Source of the DNA: Candidatus Gastranaerophilaceae bacterium
GTDB taxonomy: Bacteria > Cyanobacteriota > Vampirovibrionia > Gastranaerophilales > Gastranaerophilaceae
Length of the DNA stretch: 64,000 nucleotides
Direction: 5' to 3'
Assembly: GCA_045538535.1 (NCBI GenBank)
Contig: JAZSRN010000053.1
Span: forward strand, 15,315-79,314
Shown: positions 10,071 to 17,559 of the stretch, in pieces
Position numbering within the stretch: the first letter of the stretch is position 1
Layout: each line of letters starts with the position of its first letter
Translations under genes and position numbers: made by a program
The notes under the pieces: generated by a model
Databases searched by the model: none
What the model was told of the DNA's origin: nothing
Seen by the model: only the letters and a program-made list of their open reading frames with translations

Positions 10071-11503
10071 ACCACATTCATTTGTTGCGTAGTAGATGCT
10101 TGATTACGTTTTTTTATTTCATTTTCCAATCGAGTTTGAAAAGCCAACTGACGTTTTGCATTTGAATTCACCCGCGCCTTATCAATCAAACCACCAAGAT
10201 GTGAAAACGCCAAACCTATCAAACCTGAAATCAACAAACCTTTTGAACCTGAAATCAAATTCGCACCCAAAAGAAGTGATGAAGTAATGGTACCAACAAT
10301 AGGAATACCTTTGGTTAATGTTTTTGAAATTCTTTCATCTTTATTATCAGCACGCGCAATAACCGCACCGGCAATGGTAGATGAACCAACAACCGTCACG
10401 ATATCAGTAGGCGCGCCGCCTAACGACAAATCCCTAAACTTGTCAAAATAGCTATGCGTTTCACTTTTGACCGCTTTTTGTAATGCTTTATCCGCGCGCT
10501 CCGCACCTACGACAAGCTTATCATAATCACTTTGAGGAATTTTACCCTTTAAGGAAGCCAATAACTCTTGAACTTTGCCCGCTGAACCCATACCTGAACA
10601 CGTAATTTTATCTTGCAGCACTTTAACCGCATCGGCATATTTTGCTTTATCCGCGGCCAAAATTTCTTCTGTATAAAATCTCAAATTGCCATCAACAAAC
10701 GTTGCACCTTCACTGAACGAATGTCCGCGATAATGTCTTTTATCAAAGATATTACGAGTTTTTTCCAAAACTTTTTCATCCAAACCTCGCATAATATCTT
10801 GTTGTGATCTCAAACGATTTGCAATCGCGCTATGCGAAAAACCATCCGTAATCGAACTTTGTAAATTGGCGATATTTTTTTCAATATTTGCCCATTCTGC
10901 AGCCGAAAAACTTCCTTTATGTTTGTAAATTTCTTCAATCAAATCATTATATTTTGAATTAGCACTATGATAATTTCTATACACAGTATTTTGTGCCATA
11001 TTAGTAAAGAATTTTGTTATTCGTCTATTAATTTTAACCAATAAAGAATTTTCTCCGCCTAAGAATTTACTTTTGCATAATCTGTTATATCCGATATCTT
11101 TAAGATTATTTAGCGTATTTGTAAAATCTATTTTTTTAAGCGTCCAGTTAGTTGCATTTACAGCTTTGTCGTAAAATTTTCTAGCCGTTGAATCTGCCGG
11201 AACTTTTGCCGCTTGTTTTTCAAAGAAAGTTCTTAATTTACCAACACTTTTTTGGAAAAATTTTGGTGAAGCTTTTGATAAAATAGCAACTCCGGCAATC
11301 AATGTTATAGCCGAAGCTCCAGCTATCCAACCAATTAAGCCTTTTTTACTCTTCTTATCTTTATCTGTTGATAAAGTAACCGTATCACCACCAACGGTTG
11401 TCGGATTATATTGATTTAAAGTTCGCGTCGAAATATCATTGACTGTTTGCTCAGTCAAAAAAAATCTATTATTCATCGGTGAATTTGCAACGCTATTAAT
11501 CAT
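10067..11503 (-). CDS. Membrane protein of unknown function with C-terminal small-residue (glycine-zipper-like) hydrophobic region
   Basis: N-terminal TM GLIGWIAGASAITLIAGVAIL. C-terminal segment GIPIVGTITSSLLLGANLISGSKGLLISGLIGLAFSHLGGL. Shares an upstream box with the genes at 36779 and 38131. Confidence 0.55.
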   Translation of the reverse strand: MINSVANSPMNNRFFLTEQTVNDISTRTLNQYNPTTVGGDTVTLSTDKDKKSKKGLIGWIAGASAITLIAGVAILSKASPKFFQKSVGKLRTFFEKQAAKVPADSTARKFYDKAVNATNWTLKKIDFTNTLNNLKDIGYNRLCKSKFLGGENSLLVKINRRITKFFTNMAQNTVYRNYHSANSKYNDLIEEIYKHKGSFSAAEWANIEKNIANLQSSITDGFSHSAIANRLRSQQDIMRGLDEKVLEKTRNIFDKRHYRGHSFSEGATFVDGNLRFYTEEILAADKAKYADAVKVLQDKITCSGMGSAGKVQELLASLKGKIPQSDYDKLVVGAERADKALQKAVKSETHSYFDKFRDLSLGGAPTDIVTVVGSSTIAGAVIARADNKDERISKTLTKGIPIVGTITSSLLLGANLISGSKGLLISGLIGLAFSHLGGLIDKARVNSNAKRQLAFQTRLENEIKKRNQASTTQQMNVV

Positions 11504-11506
11504 AAA

Positions 11507-11554
11507 CTAACCTTATATATTTATAAAGTATTTTCACTTTTAAAAATTGCCCTA
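11507..11554 (-). promoter_or_regulatory. Conserved upstream box, copy 1 of 3 (gene strand TAGGGCAATTTTTAAAAG..ACTTTATAAA..AAGGTTAG)
   Basis: Hand alignment with 38008-38057 and 39002-39061. The TAGG(G)CA to TATA spacing is 22 nt in all three copies. Confidence 0.5.
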
Positions 11555-11575
11555 CCACACAAAAAATAATACTAT

Positions 11576-12724
11576 TTAATAACGTCCTTCTAAAATCTTA
11601 CCAAAATTATTGCCATGAGAATCGGTACCGCCAGTTGCAATCACATCTATATCCTTACATACATCCGCAACCGCTTGAACTAAATATTTCAATCTAGGAT
11701 ATTTATCAAAATATTTATCAGAATATATATAATTCAATTCGATAAACTTCAAATCACATGATTTTATAAACGATTTCAAGGCTTCATCATAAGAAATATC
11801 ACCTAAAAAATTATCACAACAATCAAAATCCCAGCCGTCTTCGAGTTTAGGACTCAATTCCAATAAAGCCGGATGCGCAAGCCCAATCGCACCAAAACAA
11901 TTTTTCAGTCTAATTTTAACATCCTCTAAACGCATTGTTGCTAACGTCGCCCGTCCATTTTGATTGGCATAAAACGGTTTGAATATCTCCAATATTTCAA
12001 TCGGGGAATAATATATACCCGCTTTGTTTAGCAAATCCTCAACATAATGTCTCGTAAATTTCAAAAACCCTGAACTTCCGCCGGTTTTTAATAAACAATG
12101 AAATTTACAAGACTCTTCATAGCTTGCGCCTAAATTCCATTTCTGATTAACTTTGTGCATAATCAATTTTGAATAATCTCTATTTTTATTCGTATAGGTT
12201 TCAAACATATCTATCAGACTTTTTTCAAACGGATTGATACAATAAATAATCGCATCAAACGGTATCGGCTTTTTAAAAACTTTTTCATTATCAAACCTAA
12301 AACAAGGCTCAACCCCTACCATCACTCTTATATTAGAATATTTTTTACAATTATGCGCAATCGTTTTTACAAGATGAACGGCCCCGGACAAGCAATCATG
12401 ATCTGTAATCCCGATTAAAAATCCACGTCCGGACTTTTCAGCTCTAATCTGCGCCTCATCTAAGATTTGCTCAATTGTTGCAGCGCCATCAGAAAAAACG
12501 GAATGACTATGTAAATTTATCAAATAATTTTCAGACTTAGGGTTGAAATTATCAAATGCGGCATTCTTCAATATGGCTTTCAACTCATCAAGACCTACAA
12601 TGGCCGACAGTTTATCAATATTAACACCTAATGCGAGCGCCAATGATTGAATATATTTTTTATCTAATTCCGTCCTATTATTAAAATCTATTTGCGGAAT
12701 TTCATTAATCGTCAGTGTATTCAT
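11576..12724 (-). CDS. PHP-domain metal-dependent phosphoesterase
   Basis: PHP motifs NLHSHSVFSDG, GITDHD, GVEPCF, GLAHP and GGTDSHG. Confidence 0.7.
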   Translation of the reverse strand: MNTLTINEIPQIDFNNRTELDKKYIQSLALALGVNIDKLSAIVGLDELKAILKNAAFDNFNPKSENYLINLHSHSVFSDGAATIEQILDEAQIRAEKSGRGFLIGITDHDCLSGAVHLVKTIAHNCKKYSNIRVMVGVEPCFRFDNEKVFKKPIPFDAIIYCINPFEKSLIDMFETYTNKNRDYSKLIMHKVNQKWNLGASYEESCKFHCLLKTGGSSGFLKFTRHYVEDLLNKAGIYYSPIEILEIFKPFYANQNGRATLATMRLEDVKIRLKNCFGAIGLAHPALLELSPKLEDGWDFDCCDNFLGDISYDEALKSFIKSCDLKFIELNYIYSDKYFDKYPRLKYLVQAVADVCKDIDVIATGGTDSHGNNFGKILEGRY

Positions 12725-12766
12725 ACCAAAATTTTAGCACAAAATCAACACGATTAAAAAGAACTA

Positions 12767-13417
12767 CTAAAATCCAAATGGATAATCGTCCGGAACCTTC
12801 CAACCGTTCGCTTGAATTAAAGCCGCACAACCATGGCGAAACTCAACATCTTGACGACATCCATGATCCGCTTTTTTTATTTTATCTGCACCTAACCCCT
12901 CATAATAAGTCGCAAATTTATATCTATTACCATGAGCAACCATTCTAAAAGTAAAACGTTCAGTTCCATCCTTTGCCATTGCATAATGCTTATTTTCGTT
13001 TAGCAATAGATGGGATTTTGGATAGTAATAAAAATGAATAGAATCTACACCTGTGAAATGATTAAACATTACAAACCCTGAACCATCTGACAAACGAACA
13101 ACTATTCTCTTATTATCAGAGCTAACATATGCATCTTGAACATTAAGTTTGCTTTTTAGATATTTGTTAAACCACTCTAGACACTCCGAACCATTAGCAT
13201 TAGATGAAAAAGTATCCCAATTTTGTACCGGTTCACCATGCTCGTATTCAGCAGCAATTACAGCTTGACTCATTGTTGAGTAGAATTTTTTCAGCTTAGA
13301 TTCTACAACCATTTTTCTATGATTACTCATTACCGTTGGAAGAGTTAACGCTGCAACAACCCCAACAATCCCCAATGTTATCAAAACCTCTGCTAATGTA
13401 AAAGCTAATTTTCGCAT
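12767..13417 (-). CDS. Prepilin-type N-terminal cleavage/methylation domain protein (type IV pilin / pseudopilin-like)
   Basis: MRKLA|FTLAEVLITLGIVGVVAALTLP class III signal. C-terminal C-x9-C-x6-NGWK motif. I prefer the ATG at 13417 (RBS AAGAGGA) over the TTG at 13432. Confidence 0.8.
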   Translation of the reverse strand: MRKLAFTLAEVLITLGIVGVVAALTLPTVMSNHRKMVVESKLKKFYSTMSQAVIAAEYEHGEPVQNWDTFSSNANGSECLEWFNKYLKSKLNVQDAYVSSDNKRIVVRLSDGSGFVMFNHFTGVDSIHFYYYPKSHLLLNENKHYAMAKDGTERFTFRMVAHGNRYKFATYYEGLGADKIKKADHGCRQDVEFRHGCAALIQANGWKVPDDYPFGF

Positions 13418-13550
13418 ATAATCCTCTTTCAAAAACTACAACATAGTAATAAAATTTCTTGTTTACAATACTTATTATAATTGATTTATATACGGTTTAC
13501 AACTATCGGATAGTTTAAAATTTACAAATATATACATTACAATTAACTGC

Positions 13551-13778
13551 ATGGGAAGAAAAGTATTCAAATACGACAAAATTTTATGTAGGAAGTTTGG
13601 CAAAAAAATTGCAAACTACCGTATTGAAGCTGATATTACCCAAGAAGAATTAGCATTCAGAGCAAATATTTCCCCAAGCTACATGAGCGCCATAGAACGA
13701 GGGATTACGGATACAACGATATCAACCGCAAAACGCTTGGCCAAAGCATTGCAAGTAAATATCACAGAATTATTCTAA
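13551..13778 (+). CDS. XRE-family HTH transcriptional regulator
   Basis: ITQEELAFRANISPSYMSAIERG HTH_3 pattern in 75 aa. Divergent from the pilin-like gene. Confidence 0.85.
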   Translation: MGRKVFKYDKILCRKFGKKIANYRIEADITQEELAFRANISPSYMSAIERGITDTTISTAKRLAKALQVNITELF

Positions 13779-13865
13779 TTTATACGCAAAAAACATATAA
13801 TTGGAGGATAAAATTTTCATAAATTATCGCTATACTTATAAAGCACATAAGTTGAGAGGTATATT

Positions 13866-14429
13866 ATGAAAAGAGATTATCAAGAATTAATTAACAATTA
13901 TCAAGGTGGCGACTTAGATTTATCAGGTTGCGAAATTAAGAGTTTAGTTTTAGGCGATATTGAAGGCAGCTTAAACCTATCAAAATGCGTTATTGGCAAA
14001 CTTTCAATCGGCTGGGTTTCAAGAGAATTAAACTTGTCTGGCGCAGAAATCAAGAAAATTGAAAGCCCTATCGATGCCAATTCAGTTGACATGTCCGGTG
14101 CAATAATCGGCAAATTACCGGTTCACATTTGGACAGACAGCTTAAACATGGAAAAATGCAGTGTTGAAAAATTAAACACTGATATTAGAGCAAACTATTT
14201 CAATATTAAAGGAACCAAATTTACTTCACTTCCTAAAATGATGAAAGTTCAAAAACTTGTAGTTGACTCAAAAGCTGCAAAAACTCTTCCGTTGACATCA
14301 TTAAGACAATGTGATGAACTAATCTTTGATGAATTTAGATATTCAGAGTATAGCGAATTTGTACGCAACAGTAGCTTTTCTGTAATTTCAAGCTCTGAAA
14401 GAGAAATGGAAGTTGTTTGCTCAATGTAA
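13866..14429 (+). CDS. Repeat protein (six 19-20-aa LNLSxxxIxKL units, LRR-like)
   Basis: Periodicity read directly from the translation. RBS GAGAGG upstream. Confidence 0.5.
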   Translation: MKRDYQELINNYQGGDLDLSGCEIKSLVLGDIEGSLNLSKCVIGKLSIGWVSRELNLSGAEIKKIESPIDANSVDMSGAIIGKLPVHIWTDSLNMEKCSVEKLNTDIRANYFNIKGTKFTSLPKMMKVQKLVVDSKAAKTLPLTSLRQCDELIFDEFRYSEYSEFVRNSSFSVISSSEREMEVVCSM

Positions 14430-14457
14430 TTTGCTGTGAACAAAAATCAAATCAATT

Positions 14458-14487
14458 AAAACTCTGGGTTATAAAATCCGGAGTTTT
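14458..14487 (+). terminator. Rho-independent terminator
   Basis: AAAACTCTGG-loop-CCGGAGTTTT, with one G-U pair. Confidence 0.65.
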
Positions 14488-14525
14488 AATTTTAAAATAA
14501 AATAACACAAAATACAAAAAAGTAC

Positions 14526-14554
14526 TTTACAAAAAAAAATCAGCATGTATTATA
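14526..14554 (+). promoter_or_regulatory. Possible sigma70-type promoter for tRNA-Ala
   Basis: TTTACA, a 16-17 nt spacer, then TATTAT/ATTATA about 65 nt upstream of the tRNA 5' end. Confidence 0.35.
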
Positions 14555-14619
14555 AAGAAGTGAGCCGAAATAAAGTTAGAAGAAACAAGTTTTGGTAAAC
14601 GAACCAGAAAAGAACTCGT

Positions 14620-14692
14620 GGGGGTTTAGCTCAGCTGGTAGAGCACCTGCTTTGCACGCAGGGGGTCAGGAGTTCGAATCTCCTAACCTCCA
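14620..14692 (+). tRNA. tRNA-Ala (anticodon UGC), CCA not encoded
   Basis: Cloverleaf folded by hand. Acceptor GGGGGTT/AACCTCC carries the G3:U70 alanine identity pair. D arm GCTC..GAGC, anticodon loop TTTGCAC, T arm AGGAG-TTCGAAT-CTCCT. Confidence 0.93.
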
Positions 14693-14699
14693 AAATTTA

Positions 14700-14728
14700 A
14701 AAAGACCTGTATCAAACAGGTCTTTTTT
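14700..14728 (+). terminator. Rho-independent terminator after the tRNA
   Basis: AAAAGACCTGT-atcaa-ACAGGTCTTTTTT. Confidence 0.85.
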
Positions 14729-14839
14729 ATTGTCCCACAAGGGTTTTCAGAGTTCAATGGCTCCAAAATTGATATATCTTTTTTATATACAATAAAATTA
14801 GCCTAAAAGCTAGGTGTAGCAATACTTATAGGAGGTTTT

Positions 14840-15037
14840 ATGAGAGAGGACAGGTTTAGGAGAGTCGAACACCAATGGGAAATTAACATGATTAAAGGTA
14901 AAAATTTTTCTGAAGAAGATAAAATAAAAATAGGAAAAAGTTTTTTAGAAATGATGAACCATTTTTATTCTGATCCAAAAAATGAAAAAGAATTTTGGGA
15001 ATGGTATGAGAAAAAACATGGACCTATGCAACTCTAA
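14840..15037 (+). CDS. Small hypothetical protein (65 aa, W/E/K-rich)
   Basis: Strong RBS TAGGAGG 5 nt upstream of the ATG, and a terminator downstream. Confidence 0.45.
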   Translation: MREDRFRRVEHQWEINMIKGKNFSEEDKIKIGKSFLEMMNHFYSDPKNEKEFWEWYEKKHGPMQL

Positions 15038-15128
15038 ATGAGTAAATAAAAATCTTGTTTTTTATGTCAAAGTCAATAACGGAGCCTTTTTCAAGAGTTC
15101 GGATGTTGTTACGTAAACTCCAAAATAG

Positions 15129-15160
15129 AAAACCGAATGACATCTGTTATTCGGTTTTTT
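15129..15160 (+). terminator. Rho-independent terminator
   Basis: AAAACCGAAT-loop-ATTCGGTTTTTT. Confidence 0.7.
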
Positions 15161-15161
15161 A

Positions 15162-15398
15162 TTTTTCGTCATTGCGAGAGCGAAAGCCCGAAGCAATCTA
15201 GCCTTTGTCGATTTTAATTGGTCGGAAGTTTGCATTTTCAAACTAGACGAAAACGGTCTTTTCTTGCACTTTTTTGCACACTTTTGCATTAACCTTGCAC
15301 AAAATTGCACCAATTTTGCATACTTTTGCATTCTCTAGTAGGGTTGACTTCAACCAAACACTATTCTTTTTCGGTAGACTGAAGTCTACCCTACTTGC
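15162..15398. repeat. Composite ~235-bp repeat, copy A (GC-rich hairpin + GGTCGGAAGT..GACGAAAACGGTCTTTT core + phased TTGCA array + terminal stem-loop)
   Basis: Aligns end to end with 16424-16655 in direct orientation. Ends in a 16-bp imperfect inverted repeat, AGTAGGGTTGACTTCA (15337-15352) and TGAAGTCTACCCTACT (15380-15395). Confidence 0.85.
15264..15331. repeat. Array of seven TTGCA(C/T) motifs phased at 10-11 bp, copy A
   Basis: Motif starts at 15264, 15274, 15284, 15295, 15305, 15316 and 15326. T/A tracts between motifs share the same phase. Confidence 0.85.
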
Positions 15399-15440
15399 TA
15401 CTGGCTGATAAAGTGGTCATTTTTTTTAGCATTTTGAATT

Positions 15441-16280
15441 TTAGTGGTGACAGCCGTAGCCGAATCTACTGGTATCATACCCTAAGGCTGTTAAGTATGG
15501 GTAATTAAAGTTGTTACCAGGAGATTCAAAAATGCGCTTTACTTCAAGCAGTTTATTATTCTTTTCTGCTAAGGCAAGTATTACTTTACGCATGTGCTTT
15601 TTTACTTCTGGTGAAATTGAGTTAAATTCTTCAATTGTTGTAGTCAAGTCAATTAATCTCTGTACAAGAGAATATCTACTTTGTTTCCAGTATTTTGGTT
15701 TAATATCTAACATTTTTATAACGTATTCTATGTTATTTTCATCGATTTTTAAAATGGCATCTAATAGTTTTTCTGGTTCATATTCCATTTTTACATTAAC
15801 CCCCCAATATATTCCTGGGACTATAGTCGATTTTGTCTCTTTAGCATAGTGATTAATATCATTGGCAATTTTTCTTGCTTCATTACGAACATCTTTTATT
15901 GTGTTTTGTGAGGTTTTATTTGCTCTTTGTCCTTGATAAGATGAAATACTCTGAGAATTTGACTGAATATTTTGTGTTTCCTGAAAAATTGATTTAAATT
16001 CATCTATATTAAGTAGTTGATCATTGGTTTTATCATATAAGGACATTTGAAAATTATCGATACCTAATTCATTAATCTCTTTTTGAGAGATATACATATC
16101 TTTAGGCGCATTATCAAGCATGTTAAACGTCTTATAAATTATGTTATTAGCGGTTTCTGTTCTGTTATTTTGTGCAGTACCAGCCATAGGTGATGCCAAC
16201 GCTGTTGTTAATACCATACATTGTAATGCCTTTTTAGGCGTTGTAAATGAGGTATTTGATTGAGTGGGAGTAATCGTCAT
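15441..16280 (-). CDS. Hypothetical protein (279 aa) with one EF-hand-like loop
   Basis: RBS AAGGAA. DKTNDQLLNIDEF resembles a Ca-binding loop. Otherwise unrecognised. Confidence 0.45.
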   Translation of the reverse strand: MTITPTQSNTSFTTPKKALQCMVLTTALASPMAGTAQNNRTETANNIIYKTFNMLDNAPKDMYISQKEINELGIDNFQMSLYDKTNDQLLNIDEFKSIFQETQNIQSNSQSISSYQGQRANKTSQNTIKDVRNEARKIANDINHYAKETKSTIVPGIYWGVNVKMEYEPEKLLDAILKIDENNIEYVIKMLDIKPKYWKQSRYSLVQRLIDLTTTIEEFNSISPEVKKHMRKVILALAEKNNKLLEVKRIFESPGNNFNYPYLTALGYDTSRFGYGCHH

Positions 16281-16423
16281 ATAAATTCCTTTCTTATCTT
16301 TAATACTTTGATTGCAACAAAATTAAAACCTGTAAAAAAAAAATTTGCTATTAATTCAAGAATGAGCTTGTAGAAAAATTTTCCTAAATAGTTCAAATTG
16401 ATTGTCAAAACATATAGAAAGTA

Positions 16424-16655
16424 TTTTTCGTCATTGCGAGGGCAAAAGCCCGAAGCAATCTAGTTCTTACCAACTTTAAACGGCCGGAAATTTACCAATC
16501 CAAACTGGACGAAAACGGTCTTTTCTTGCACTTTTTTTCACTTTTTTTCACACTTTTGCACTAACCTTGCACAAAATTGCACTGTTTTTGCACTTAAAAA
16601 ATTGTTGGGTTTTACCCAACCTACCCACTATTTTTTCGGTAGACTGAAGTTTCCC
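16424..16655. repeat. Composite ~235-bp repeat, copy B
   Basis: Direct repeat of 15162-15398. Its right end supplies the last codons and stop of ORF 16628-17071 and a hairpin, GTTGGGT-ttt-ACCCAAC. Confidence 0.85.
16526..16593. repeat. Array of seven TTGCAC/TTTCAC motifs phased at 10-11 bp, copy B
   Basis: Motif starts at 16526, 16536, 16546, 16556, 16567, 16577 and 16588. Confidence 0.85.
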
Positions 16656-17071
16656 ATACATGCTTTTATAGATTCAAAGAATTCTTCATCAGACATCGGC
16701 TTAAATCTAGACTTAATAACTCCAGTACTTTCATTCAATGTAATTGATTTATTAGGAACAAAACCATTCATTAATACAATTTCAGATTTTGCTTTAATAG
16801 GTTGTTCAAATTTAGGGAGGGCTTCAGCTATTGTAGATAATCCACCATATTTAAAAGGATTGGTAAACATATTCAAGAAACAAGTTTTTTTACCTTTATA
16901 TTTTGCACCCATTGAAAGCATTACACTATCTTGTGTTAAAGCTGTATTTGGTAAAGTTTTATTTACTAATGTTGTAGCTTGTAGCAATTCCCTTATTCCA
17001 TTTTTTGTTGGGGTATTGGTTACTAAATTACGGCATTGAACTTTTGACACACAATCTACAAAATTTACCAT
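16628..17071 (-). CDS. Hypothetical protein (147 aa)
   Basis: Strong RBS AAGGAG 7 nt upstream of the ATG. Preferred over the overlapping plus-strand ORF 16602-17039, which starts inside the repeat. Confidence 0.5.
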   Translation of the reverse strand: MVNFVDCVSKVQCRNLVTNTPTKNGIRELLQATTLVNKTLPNTALTQDSVMLSMGAKYKGKKTCFLNMFTNPFKYGGLSTIAEALPKFEQPIKAKSEIVLMNGFVPNKSITLNESTGVIKSRFKPMSDEEFFESIKACMGNFSLPKK

Positions 17072-17217
17072 TTTAAAACTCCTTTATAATTATTTAACTA
17101 CACCTAAAAACATTAACGTCAATGAATATTTAAAATTGACTAAATATTACAAAATCCTTTCTATATACTTTTTTATATTTATCATAAACCTTCTAAAAAT
17201 ATTTTTTGCTAGTTAAC

Positions 17218-17276
17218 ATAAAAATTATCAAACCAACTGTTCTTTTTTCTCAAACCTAGTGTCAAAATACAATTGT
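17218..17276 (-). promoter_or_regulatory. Shared promoter box U, copy 1 (gene strand TTGACA..TTGAGA-N18-GATAAT)
   Basis: About 47 of 58 positions are identical to 18372-18429 by hand alignment. GATAAT lies at 17224-17229 on the minus strand. Confidence 0.5.
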
Positions 17277-17280
17277 CCAG

Positions 17281-17530
17281 TTTGGTCGGAAGTAAAAAGT
17301 AAAACTGTCATGCTGAACTTGTTTCAGCATCTTGCCACTTAGGCGTGTTCACTACATTCTGGTGAGACCCTGAAATGAATTCAGACTGACAAAATGGTCG
17401 GAAGTCTATAAATCCAAGCTGGACCAAAACGGACTTTTGATGGACTTTGTTTTTCCATTTTTATACACCCTCACCCGAGCTTTGGGCACCCTCTCCTACA
17501 AGGGGCGAGGGTAATAAAAGTCCTATTTGA
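17281..17530. repeat. Mosaic of GC-rich hairpin modules, block C
   Basis: GGTCGGAAGT occurs at 17284 and 17396. The core CTGGACCAAAACGGACTTTT (17419-17438) is shared with blocks A and B. Hairpins are ATGCTGAA/TTCAGCAT (17310-17330) and ACCCTC/GAGGGT (17488-17512). Confidence 0.75.
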
Positions 17531-17559
17531 GAATTTTGAAGGAGTAAATAAAGTCGGGT

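Noticed and set aside
14592-14795. 67-aa ORF overlapping tRNA-Ala
   Set aside because: It is a read-through of the tRNA gene and its terminator and is not coding.
15062-15331. 89-aa minus-strand ORF (MQKYAKLVQFCARLMQKCAKKCKK...)
   Set aside because: It lies entirely inside composite repeat A. Its periodic peptide is just the TTGCA array read in frame. The equivalent frame is not kept open in repeat B.
15264-16593. Possible CRISPR array
   Set aside because: The repeat period is only 10-11 bp with no spacers, and there are only two arrays of seven units. No cas genes are in the window.
16602-17039. Plus-strand 145-aa ORF overlapping ORF 16628-17071
   Set aside because: It starts inside repeat B and has no RBS. 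It has a hydrophobic, low-complexity composition typical of antisense frames. The minus-strand ORF has AAGGAG at ideal spacing.
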